Source of the DNA: Nanoarchaeales archaeon | Lineage (GTDB): Archaea; Nanobdellota; Nanobdellia; Woesearchaeales; UBA583 | Direction: 5' to 3' | Assembly (NCBI GenBank): GCA_013215525.1 | Contig: JABSQY010000009.1 | Coordinates: 1-42,883 of the forward strand | Length of the DNA stretch: 42,883 bases | In this document: positions 32,471 to 41,208 of the stretch, one piece after another | Layout: every line of letters begins with the position of its first letter | Numbering within the stretch: the first letter of the stretch is position 1 | The notes under the pieces: generated by a model | Seen by the model: the letters and a program-made list of their open reading frames with translations, nothing else | Databases searched by the model: none | Told to the model about the DNA's origin: nothing | Translations under genes and position numbers: made by a program

Positions 32471-35221
32471 ATGAATGATCAAATAGAAGTTATAGGAAAA
32501 ACATCCTCAGTACTAGACTATAACTTGAATGAACAATATTTAAATGTACGTAAAATTATTATTACATCAGATGAAATAATATCTTCTTTTGAAGATGTTG
32601 GCGCGAATGATGTATTTGAAAAACTTTCAAATTCAACAGCTGAAAGTTATTCATCAAATCTTCGTTCAGCAATTGATAGTGGGATTTTAGATTCTACAAT
32701 AACTTCAGAATTATACAAAGAAATTACTGGACTACTTCCAAAAATTTGTGATACAATGATGGACATCCAACTTCAAGGATATAATTTTATGAATTCAGTA
32801 TCAAATTCTAAATTTAATTTAACTCTACGTTGTGAATCTTTTACAATCACAAAGTACTATGAAGAAAGAGGAGGATTTCTTTCTGCAATTAGAAGTTTAA
32901 TTTTAGATTATTTAGAATTTTTTGGAAACGTTAATAGATTAAAAAGATTAAAAGATTTTCAAATAGAAATTTATGAATCTGAGGATATATACAAACACAT
33001 TTTTTTAAAAAAAGATGGTTCAAAATTAATTTTAGCATCAAATTTCGGATTTTCAAAATCAACTCCAATTGATTTTGTAACTGGTTGCGAATTTTATTTT
33101 TCAACAGGGGAAGGATTTAATTTTTTTAGAAACTCTCAAACAAGTGCAATCCTAAGAGAACACAATCATCTAGTTGAAAGTCCAATTCAAACAAGAGATA
33201 AAATTCTTTCAGATAGTGAATTAATTAGTATTAATGATAAAACTAAACATATTTCTGATGCAGTAATTGAATTAGAACTTACAAAAAAAGGAAAATTAAA
33301 AATATTAAATGTGTCCGTTCTTGAAAACACAATAACAAATGGAACTGATAATGGATTTTTCATAAATAAATCAACTAAAAATTATAATAGAATTTCTTTA
33401 ATCACAATCAGAGATGATTTAACTGAGGAAATGCCAAATCCAAAATATTTATTATTAAGAAATCCAAATGAAATTAAAAATTTTCTAAAAGACCCATTAT
33501 GTTTAAAACATATTGATGGACTTGTTTTTACAGAAAACTTTTATTTACCTATTTTGGATTCCTTTGGAGAATCAAATGATATTGATATTATTTATCATAA
33601 AACTGAATTAAACAAATCATTAGATATAGAATTAAATAGAACAGAAGTATTAATTGGAACTAAAACAAATAGAGTTAATTTAAATCCATTTAATAATATT
33701 ATTGACGAAAAAAATAAAAAGAGAGATTTAAATTTAGAAAGATTAAATCAAGCAGACTTATCAACACCACAACACGTAATAGAGCAAACAAGAATGGAAC
33801 ACCAATCAGTAAATCAAATAACAGAAAGCTTAATTTCAAGTCCAAATTCATCAATGAATTCAAGCGCAAGTCCATATGGAACATCAATGCCAAGAAGTGA
33901 ACCTGGTAAAAAATTATCAGCAATTGACATGTTAATGCATGCGGCAGAAAGTAAATTATCAGCGCCACAACCAGGACAAGTAGCAGCTCCAGTTGCAGCA
34001 GCTGCCGTAGCATCGCAAGCTCCAGTATATGCGCCAGTCCCTGTACCTTTACCAAGAAGTGAACCTGGTAAAAAATTATCAGCAATTGATATGTTAATGC
34101 ACGCGGCAGAAAACAAGCCTGTAGCACCACCTCAACCAGTAGCACCTCCTCAACCTGTAACTCCACCAGTCGAGCAATTTCAACCAGAACCAGTAGTACA
34201 AACATACTCTGAACCTGTTCAAACATACAATGCGCCAGAACCTACACAATCAACTCAAACTGCTCAAGAAGAAACTGGGATGGTTGACCATTTTGCAATG
34301 TACGAAGAATCAGCAGAACAAACAACAACACAGCAACCTGAATATGTAAGTACTGAACAAAACGTACACAATGAAGTATTAAATCGTGAAATGGTTGAAG
34401 ATGTTGCTGATGAAATGATTGTTGATACCTTTCAAGCATCTAAACCTTCCTTTCAAGAGAATTCATATAATCAAGAACAACAAGTTGAACAACATATTGG
34501 GCAACCAATTAATCAAAATTATAATAATCAAATTCCACAAGAATTAGAAGAAGATTTATCTGAAATTGAACATGAAATGGAAGAAGTTGACACATTTGAA
34601 GAAGAAGAATTAACTCAACTACATCAAATTGAACAAACTAATAATCAATACTCTCAAACAAGCGAGACAGTACAAACGCAAACACAAACTCAAGCGCTAC
34701 CACAAGTTGACATTGAAAGATATAATGATATAATCTCAACTAAATTAATTACATTACCAAACATTGAATCTTCTGCATACTTTGTAGACTCAAGTAATGT
34801 TGCAGATATTACAACACAAGCAGAATTATTTTATCTAACTCCAACAGATGAAGATTTAGAGAATGATGGATTAAGTTATATTATTCCGATGGGAGTATCT
34901 GAAACTTATTCAGACAAACACAACTACATTGTAAATTCAGCAAATGATTACTTTTTATTAGAAAAAGAACAAAAATTAAATTTATTTATTAATTTATCAT
35001 ACATTGATGAATCAATTAAAGAAAACTTTTTAGAAAAATGTTTAGGACATTGTAACTCTGCATATATTGTATGTTTAAAACAAGACTTAGCATTAATTGA
35101 AAAATATATAAATAAAATAACTGGTATCTTTGTAAAAGATTTAATTGACAAAGATGATTTATATCAAACTGAAACTACAGTTTTAAGTTATGAGAAGAAG
35201 TATCTTATGAAAACATTTTAA
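32471..35221 (+). CDS. Large hypothetical cytoplasmic protein with a central disordered A/P/Q/E-rich region carrying a duplicated 20-aa motif
   Basis: No TM segment or signal peptide. TATA TTTAAAAA at 32442..32449 lies 22 nt before the ATG. The N-terminal ~300 aa only weakly resemble a PEP-utilising/ATP-grasp-type fold (very tentative). The central part is low-complexity. Confidence 0.7.
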   Translation: MNDQIEVIGKTSSVLDYNLNEQYLNVRKIIITSDEIISSFEDVGANDVFEKLSNSTAESYSSNLRSAIDSGILDSTITSELYKEITGLLPKICDTMMDIQLQGYNFMNSVSNSKFNLTLRCESFTITKYYEERGGFLSAIRSLILDYLEFFGNVNRLKRLKDFQIEIYESEDIYKHIFLKKDGSKLILASNFGFSKSTPIDFVTGCEFYFSTGEGFNFFRNSQTSAILREHNHLVESPIQTRDKILSDSELISINDKTKHISDAVIELELTKKGKLKILNVSVLENTITNGTDNGFFINKSTKNYNRISLITIRDDLTEEMPNPKYLLLRNPNEIKNFLKDPLCLKHIDGLVFTENFYLPILDSFGESNDIDIIYHKTELNKSLDIELNRTEVLIGTKTNRVNLNPFNNIIDEKNKKRDLNLERLNQADLSTPQHVIEQTRMEHQSVNQITESLISSPNSSMNSSASPYGTSMPRSEPGKKLSAIDMLMHAAESKLSAPQPGQVAAPVAAAAVASQAPVYAPVPVPLPRSEPGKKLSAIDMLMHAAENKPVAPPQPVAPPQPVTPPVEQFQPEPVVQTYSEPVQTYNAPEPTQSTQTAQEETGMVDHFAMYEESAEQTTTQQPEYVSTEQNVHNEVLNREMVEDVADEMIVDTFQASKPSFQENSYNQEQQVEQHIGQPINQNYNNQIPQELEEDLSEIEHEMEEVDTFEEEELTQLHQIEQTNNQYSQTSETVQTQTQTQALPQVDIERYNDIISTKLITLPNIESSAYFVDSSNVADITTQAELFYLTPTDEDLENDGLSYIIPMGVSETYSDKHNYIVNSANDYFLLEKEQKLNLFINLSYIDESIKENFLEKCLGHCNSAYIVCLKQDLALIEKYINKITGIFVKDLIDKDDLYQTETTVLSYEKKYLMKTF
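33890..34112 (+). repeat. 61-nt near-perfect direct repeat (33890..33950 and 34052..34112, 2 mismatches) inside the CDS
   Basis: Both copies encode PRSEPGKKLSAIDMLMHAAE and lie 54 codons apart. They are followed by VAPPQPVAPPQPVTPP. Confidence 0.9.
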
Positions 35222-35288
35222 TTTTTCATAAAATATTTTTTTTTAATTTAATTTTTAATAAAAATAATAATTAATTAAAATTAATTAA

Positions 35289-36053
35289 TTATTTAGAATT
35301 AATAATCTCATAGAAGAATTTATCTCCTAAACTTCCCATTAAACTTTGTTCTGTAGTTCTAAAAATAATACATCCATTATCTTTATTATATTCTACAACA
35401 TTTGATTCTGAATCTGAATTAAAGAAAATATATTTAACTTCTTTTGTTGAATCATCACAACTCAAATCATCAGACGACACGATATCTTCAAGTGCATTTA
35501 ACTTAATCCCATAAATATAATTAATAGTTGGAAATAATCTCCCTGACACTTTAACAACTGCTCCATTACTAGAATCTGGTGATGAGAAAATAAACTTAAA
35601 CTTTTTAGTATCTAAAAATTCTTCTCTTGAAATTTGAACTTCATAATCCATTTTTTTAATATCTGCGATTGAATTATATAATCTAATTGTATGCTCAGCT
35701 CCATTTTCTTCAAATTTATACTTATACAGATTAACCTTTAAACTTTTATCTTTAACAAGTACAGCTTCATTTTCAGATGACTCTTCAACTTTAACTTCTT
35801 CTTTTTTTACCTCAACTGGAGCTTCAACTTTTTTCTCAACTACTTTTTCTACAACTTTAACTTCTTCAACTTTTACAGGTTCAGATTTAATTGGTTCTAC
35901 ATTTAACTTTTCAGTTTCATCATTAATATTGCTAGTAACAATATTTCCATTAATATTTGTATCTTTCTCGGATTCAGACTCATCCTCAGATTGACTACAA
36001 CCTGCTGCAAAAATAACACTTAATAAAATTAATAAGATTTTGTATTTCTTCAT
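35289..36053 (-). CDS. Hypothetical lipoprotein (lipobox FAAGC|S)
   Basis: MKKYKILLILLSVIFAAGCSQSEDE, then an E/K/V-rich linker, then a globular C-terminal domain. Confidence 0.65.
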   Translation of the reverse strand: MKKYKILLILLSVIFAAGCSQSEDESESEKDTNINGNIVTSNINDETEKLNVEPIKSEPVKVEEVKVVEKVVEKKVEAPVEVKKEEVKVEESSENEAVLVKDKSLKVNLYKYKFEENGAEHTIRLYNSIADIKKMDYEVQISREEFLDTKKFKFIFSSPDSSNGAVVKVSGRLFPTINYIYGIKLNALEDIVSSDDLSCDDSTKEVKYIFFNSDSESNVVEYNKDNGCIIFRTTEQSLMGSLGDKFFYEIINSK

Positions 36054-36132
36054 TGTAGAATTAATTGTATTATTCTGTATATAAATAAGAGGTTGAATTA
36101 TTGTATAAATACATTTAATAAATTAATTTTAT

Positions 36133-36723
36133 TTAATTATTAATAATCTCTTTTAGATTTAAAATCAACTCATCAAGATTCTTTTGATTATACTCTAAAC
36201 AAAAATCACCTTCACTTTTAGATAAACTCTCGTATCTTTCTTTTCTAAATTCTTCATAATGATAAACCCATTTATCATTTGAATTACTCAAATCTCTTTT
36301 CATTAATCTTTTTAATAATTCAATTTCAGAGATTTTAGTTTCAATAATAATAGTTTTATATTTTTTATTATCTTTAACTAATTGAGTAAATTTTTTTCTA
36401 GCTGATTTTTTAATCCCTGAACCATCAATTAAAATATTTTGATTTGAATTAATTAATTCTTTAATTAAATCAATTCTTAATTGTGTAACAAGAATATTGA
36501 CTTTAGAAATTTTTTCATTTGGATATGAATAATTACTATCTTTAAAATAATTAATTTTATCTTTTAAAAATTCTCTAATTTCATCTCCATTAACTCTACT
36601 TAATTCAAAATATTTTAACATCTCTTTTGAAATTGTAGATTTACCAGAACTATTATGTCCAAATAATAAAATTAGATAATTATATTTTTGGTTTTTAACT
36701 TTATATTTTTTATCTTTATCCAT
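36133..36723 (-). CDS. P-loop kinase-like NTPase (AAA_33/zeta-toxin-like fold)
   Basis: Walker A LLFGHNSSGKST and Walker B-like NILIDGSG. At about 196 aa, it is the size of small-molecule or polynucleotide kinases. Its ATG is 1 nt after the upstream gene's stop. Confidence 0.55.
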   Translation of the reverse strand: MDKDKKYKVKNQKYNYLILLFGHNSSGKSTISKEMLKYFELSRVNGDEIREFLKDKINYFKDSNYSYPNEKISKVNILVTQLRIDLIKELINSNQNILIDGSGIKKSARKKFTQLVKDNKKYKTIIIETKISEIELLKRLMKRDLSNSNDKWVYHYEEFRKERYESLSKSEGDFCLEYNQKNLDELILNLKEIINN

Positions 36724-36724
36724 T

Positions 36725-38917
36725 TTATTGATTTGTAAATCTAGGATATACTGAATGGATTTTAACTGAATTCATCTGTTGACTTGATTTTTGTAAATTC
36801 TCAAATGTTGTAGGTAATGTATACTCTACAAAACTAATTTCTAAATTATTTGAATTTAATAATTCAATTGTTGAAATACTAAACTCTCCAAGTTCATATC
36901 CTCCTTTTAACCATGCTGAAAGATTTGTTTGTGGAATAATTTCACAATCTTCTCCTCCAAATAATCCAGTTTCAAAGCAAACTTCGTCTTCTGGAATTAC
37001 AATTTTATTTTTATACATTACAAGTCCAGATATTTTATATCTTCCAGGAATTAAATTAATTGTTTGATTGTCTTGATTATAATAATCAACATTTACAACA
37101 TTTATAATATTTTCATCATCTAAATTTTCAAAAATCATAAATCCTTCATCAAACTCTTTTAAAAAACGAAGTGCTCCAAAATCTACACTATTTGGTGTTC
37201 GAAACCCAATAGTTAATTTAATTTCTTTACCTGAACTCATCTCCCTTTCTCCTAAATCAATAGGTTCATCAATTTTTGGATTTAAATTATTAATAATAAT
37301 TTTTTGATGTCCAAACTTTGAAATCTCTAAAGTTCCAGGATTACAATTAAGAGGTAATCTAAATCTTAACTTAGTTGTTGTATCACGTAAATCTTCGCTA
37401 ACAGAACTATCTCCACCAAGACTTGTTTGAGCAATAAAACATTCACTAATCTCTTTACAAGTAAACATCACAGTAGCATCTTCAACACCGCTTTGTGGCG
37501 AGTTTGCATCACGTAATCCATACTTTATTGAATCAATCAAATCAATTGATACAACTTGTGATACAAATTGTGATGGGTCGCAAATTAAACTCTTTTTAGG
37601 TTTTGGTAATTCTTCATCAAAACTTGAAGTTGTAAGAACGTAATTATTTTTAAGAGGTTTGTTATGTTTAATGTTTATCTCGATTGGTAAATTAAAAACA
37701 AAATTATCATTCTCTTCATCTGATTTAATTTCAAAAATAATTGGTGCAGCAATCTCATAACTTGCTTTGTATTTTGTATAATAAATTGGTAAAAACCCTG
37801 CAAACATTTCAGGATTTGGTAATAAAATTGTATCTCCTATTGCTTGTTTAATTCTAAAAAAGATTGGATAAAAAGGTTCAAACGTTGGTGTAACTTTTAA
37901 ATCTTTAAACTGTTTAAATAATTTTGAATTAGTTTCATCTAAATCTGTATTCTCTGAAATATAATCGTTAGTGTATAAACTATTTGTAGCTTGTACAAAT
38001 TCACTGTTTCTTAACTCTTCTGGGATTACTCTTTCAACTACATTTGTATTTAAAAATTGTACTCTTGAAACTTCTGAACTTAAAATTTCTTTTAAAGTTT
38101 TTTCAACATCGTCCATATACCAAACATCGAAATCATATTTAAAATTTGTTTGAGATTGTGGTGGAAGTAAACTACGAGAATTTGAATCTTGATATGGTCT
38201 TAAAATATTCATAACTCTTGTATCCATAAAAGAAGAATTAATTTCAGCTTTGATAATTTCTTTAGCTAAATGATAAGGTACATATAACTTATTATCTACT
38301 TTAATTCTAAAATCAGAAATATAATTAACTTCATCTGTTACAACATTTTCAATCTCTAAATTTAATCTTAAATCAACAATAATTTCTCTATCTAAAAAAA
38401 TAACTCGTGTTTCAATTTCATCTACATCATAATTAACATTATATATGTCTTTAAAATTATTAAATCCATCAAAACAATTTATCTCCATATTTTCATCTAA
38501 ATATCTTTTAACTTGGGACTTTAAAGAATAGTCAGAATCTGAGTCGTACTCAGGAATATATGTTTTAAAAATTTCATCTGAATCATCATAATAATACCAA
38601 TATGGCATTTTATTTTTTTCTAAAAAATCAAAACCTTCAGCATATTTATTTAATTCTTTATGATTGTCACGACTTACATACGACATAGGTTTTGGATATA
38701 ACCATCCTGCCTGAGCACCTAACATCGACACAGCTGATTTAGTTTCAAGAATTAAACAACTCTCAACAAACTCTTTTACATTATTTGTATTTTTTTCATC
38801 AGAAAAAATAGGTATGTCTGTAAAACTAGTTGATACTAAAAAAACAAATCCTACAACTAATATAACTCCAATAACAACAAAAATCCCAATTTGACCTTTT
38901 ACTCTATTAATATTCAT
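36725..38917 (-). CDS. Large (730 aa) extracellular protein with type IV pilin-like (class III) signal peptide
   Basis: The N-terminus MNINRVKGQIGIFVVIGVILVVGFVFLV has the K-G-Q cleavage motif and hydrophobic stretch of archaeal prepilin-like proteins. A minus-strand TATA (TTTATAAG, plus-strand coordinates 38939..38946) lies 22 nt before the ATG. Confidence 0.7.
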   Translation of the reverse strand: MNINRVKGQIGIFVVIGVILVVGFVFLVSTSFTDIPIFSDEKNTNNVKEFVESCLILETKSAVSMLGAQAGWLYPKPMSYVSRDNHKELNKYAEGFDFLEKNKMPYWYYYDDSDEIFKTYIPEYDSDSDYSLKSQVKRYLDENMEINCFDGFNNFKDIYNVNYDVDEIETRVIFLDREIIVDLRLNLEIENVVTDEVNYISDFRIKVDNKLYVPYHLAKEIIKAEINSSFMDTRVMNILRPYQDSNSRSLLPPQSQTNFKYDFDVWYMDDVEKTLKEILSSEVSRVQFLNTNVVERVIPEELRNSEFVQATNSLYTNDYISENTDLDETNSKLFKQFKDLKVTPTFEPFYPIFFRIKQAIGDTILLPNPEMFAGFLPIYYTKYKASYEIAAPIIFEIKSDEENDNFVFNLPIEINIKHNKPLKNNYVLTTSSFDEELPKPKKSLICDPSQFVSQVVSIDLIDSIKYGLRDANSPQSGVEDATVMFTCKEISECFIAQTSLGGDSSVSEDLRDTTTKLRFRLPLNCNPGTLEISKFGHQKIIINNLNPKIDEPIDLGEREMSSGKEIKLTIGFRTPNSVDFGALRFLKEFDEGFMIFENLDDENIINVVNVDYYNQDNQTINLIPGRYKISGLVMYKNKIVIPEDEVCFETGLFGGEDCEIIPQTNLSAWLKGGYELGEFSISTIELLNSNNLEISFVEYTLPTTFENLQKSSQQMNSVKIHSVYPRFTNQ

Positions 38918-39173
38918 AATTTATATCTTCAAAAAATACTTATAAAGATTTGTAATTTAATAAAACTATGAATTTTTATAATTTAATTTATTCATGATTT
39001 TTCAAATATTTCATTAACATTTTCATTTAATTTAAAATCTCTATATAATATATATAGAATTTTTTTTAATGTATTAAATTTATATAATTCTAACACTATT
39101 CTCTTAAACTTATTCGAAGTAGTAACAAAGCTTATTAAACGATTAATTTGCGATTTGAGTTAGATATTCAAAA

Positions 39174-39767
39174 ATGGAGGAAGAAAAAGAAAAAAAAGCG
39201 GCTCAAGGTATTGGTACTTTGATAATTTTTATTGCAATGATTTTAGTTGCTGCAGTAGCTGCTGGGGTTTTAATTCAAACCGCAGCATCACTACAATCTA
39301 AATCTTTAGATGTAGGAAAACAAACACAAGAAAAGATTACAACTGATTTAGAGGTAATTCAAGTATACGGTGCAAACGCAACGGATGGAACTCTAGATGG
39401 TGGGAATGACACTTTAACTGTAGTTATTAGACTAGGAACAGGAAGTACACCAATTAAATTAAGTGAAACTTCAATTAAATTAGATTCTATGTCATCTATT
39501 GATTCATCAAATTATATATATTTTGATGGTGCATATTCTGAATCAAAATATAATTATACTTATGTAATTCAAGGTCCAAATGCTGTTGATGGTTATGTGA
39601 CACCTGGTGACACTATATCTGTCAGATTTATACTTAAAACTGGTATTCGTATCCATGAATCTCAAAGTTTAACAATTAGAGTAATTCCTAAAAACGGTGC
39701 GATTAAACCTGTTGATATGACAATGCCATCGGCATCAATCTATCCAGTTGTACATTTGTACCCTTAA
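39174..39767 (+). CDS. Archaellin (FlaB/ArlB)-type protein
   Basis: KKAAQGIGTLIIFIAMILVAAVAAGVLIQTAASLQSKS is the conserved archaellin N-terminus, comprising a class III signal and a hydrophobic helix. Confidence 0.85.
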   Translation: MEEEKEKKAAQGIGTLIIFIAMILVAAVAAGVLIQTAASLQSKSLDVGKQTQEKITTDLEVIQVYGANATDGTLDGGNDTLTVVIRLGTGSTPIKLSETSIKLDSMSSIDSSNYIYFDGAYSESKYNYTYVIQGPNAVDGYVTPGDTISVRFILKTGIRIHESQSLTIRVIPKNGAIKPVDMTMPSASIYPVVHLYP

Positions 39768-39773
39768 ACAAAT

Positions 39774-39810
39774 AATTTAATTTTATAATTAAATTATTCT
39801 ACTTTTTTTA
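39774..39810 (+). terminator. Hairpin plus T-run after the archaellin gene
   Basis: AATTTAATT (39774..39782) pairs with AATTAAATT (39787..39795) around loop TTAT, and a run of seven T at 39803..39809 follows. The stem is entirely A/T, so it is weak. Confidence 0.4.
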
Positions 39811-39927
39811 TATATTTATTTTCACAATTAATTAATAGACTTAATAATTTATATTCGACTTAACCCCTTTCTATACCTTAATATTCTACTTTAATAATTA
39901 ATCAAATTTCTTTAAAAATCAGTAATA

Positions 39928-39935
39928 TTTATAAA
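39928..39935 (+). promoter_or_regulatory. TATA box TTTATAAA for rpl44e
   Basis: Ends 22 nt before ATG 39957. Confidence 0.55.
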
Positions 39936-39956
39936 CCCTTTAAAATTATTAATACT

Positions 39957-40283
39957 ATGAAGGTTCCAAAGGAAATGAAAAGATTTTGCCCAAAGTGTAA
40001 AGTACACACAACGCAAAAAGTAAAGAATGAAAAGAACAGAGGAAAAAATAAGACTAATCCTATGACACAATTCTCAAAGATGAGACTTAAGTTAAGAGGT
40101 TTATTACAATCCACTGGAAGAGGAAACTCTGGTAAAATGAGTAGAGGAGCTTTAAACTCTTGGAAGCGTTTTAACAAAAAGCACTCAAAAAAGACAGATT
40201 TAAGATATACTTGTACAGTTTGTAACAAAACTAATGTTTCATCATCATCAGGATGTAGAACAAAAAAGATTACAGTTGAATAA
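39957..40283 (+). CDS. rpl44e: Ribosomal protein L44e (eL42)
   Basis: The zinc-ribbon pairs RFCPKCKVHT and YTCTVCNK, with a basic interior, match L44e. The longer antisense ORF 39929..40354 is a shadow. Confidence 0.8.
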   Translation: MKVPKEMKRFCPKCKVHTTQKVKNEKNRGKNKTNPMTQFSKMRLKLRGLLQSTGRGNSGKMSRGALNSWKRFNKKHSKKTDLRYTCTVCNKTNVSSSSGCRTKKITVE

Positions 40284-40380
40284 AGTCTTTTCAATGTTTT
40301 TCGAGATTTTTTTAAAAATCTCAAACTTTTTATAATTCTAAACACAAAAATCATATAAACTAATAATTTTATTATTTATT

Positions 40381-41127
40381 ATGGAATTATATATAACTTT
40401 ATTTTTAACTTTTTTAATTGGAGTTCTTGCAAGTTTTATTGGCGCAATTGTTGGAGGTGGAGGTTTATTATCTATTCCTTTCTTAATGTTTATAGGACTA
40501 CCACCACAAACTGCAATCGCTACAAATAAATTCGGCTCAGTTGGATTAAGTATTGGTTCTCTTATTAAATTTAAAAAAGAAAATAAAATTGTTTGGAGTT
40601 ATGTTTTATTTTTTTCAATACTTTCTATTCTTGGTGGGGTAATTGGTGCAAATATTTTATTAAAAATTAATGAAACTTATCTTTCAAATATTATTGGAAT
40701 TGTATTGTTAGTGTTATTACCTTTTGTATTTTTAAAAAAAGATTTAGGAATTAAAAATAAAACTTCATCAAATGCAAAAAAAGTAATTGGCTCATTTGTA
40801 TATTTTTTATTAATGATATTTGGTGGTTTTTTTGGTGGGGGGACTGGGATATTAATAATTTCAACATTAATGTACTTTTTTGGATTTAAAATTATTGAGG
40901 CAAATGCAACAGACATGGTACCTTGGTTTTTACTTTCAATAATTTCTTTAATTATATTTATGATTTATGGTATTGTTAATTATTATGTAGGATTTATATT
41001 ATTTTTTGGAATGCTTTTAGGTGGTTATATTGGCGCGCACACAGCGATTAAGAAAGGAGATAAATTTGTAAAAAATTTATTTATTGTATTAATTATAATT
41101 TCAAGTATTAAGATTTTATTCTTATAA
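40381..41127 (+). CDS. TauE/SafE (TSUP, DUF81) family anion exporter
   Basis: Polytopic membrane protein with GAIVGGGGLLSIPFLMFIGLPPQTAIATNKF and a second GGFFGGGTG repeat, typical of the TSUP family. Confidence 0.75.
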   Translation: MELYITLFLTFLIGVLASFIGAIVGGGGLLSIPFLMFIGLPPQTAIATNKFGSVGLSIGSLIKFKKENKIVWSYVLFFSILSILGGVIGANILLKINETYLSNIIGIVLLVLLPFVFLKKDLGIKNKTSSNAKKVIGSFVYFLLMIFGGFFGGGTGILIISTLMYFFGFKIIEANATDMVPWFLLSIISLIIFMIYGIVNYYVGFILFFGMLLGGYIGAHTAIKKGDKFVKNLFIVLIIISSIKILFL

Positions 41128-41208
41128 ATTATCTATTTGATATTTTAATTTATTTCTTTAATTTGAAACCTTTATAAAGTATTAACAACTTATTTTTATT
41201 AGATAAAA

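Noticed and set aside
33699-34439. Minus-strand ORFs 33699..34226, 33814..34116, 34242..34439, and the idea that the GC-richer patch is foreign DNA
   Set aside because: The patch is in frame within the 916-aa CDS, and its composition is explained by Ala/Pro/Gln codons. The antisense ORFs are by-products of that composition.
39929-40354. 141-aa minus-strand ORF that is longer than the rpl44e call it overlaps
   Set aside because: The plus-strand product has the L44e zinc-ribbon pairs and a TATA box 22 nt upstream. The antisense product is featureless.
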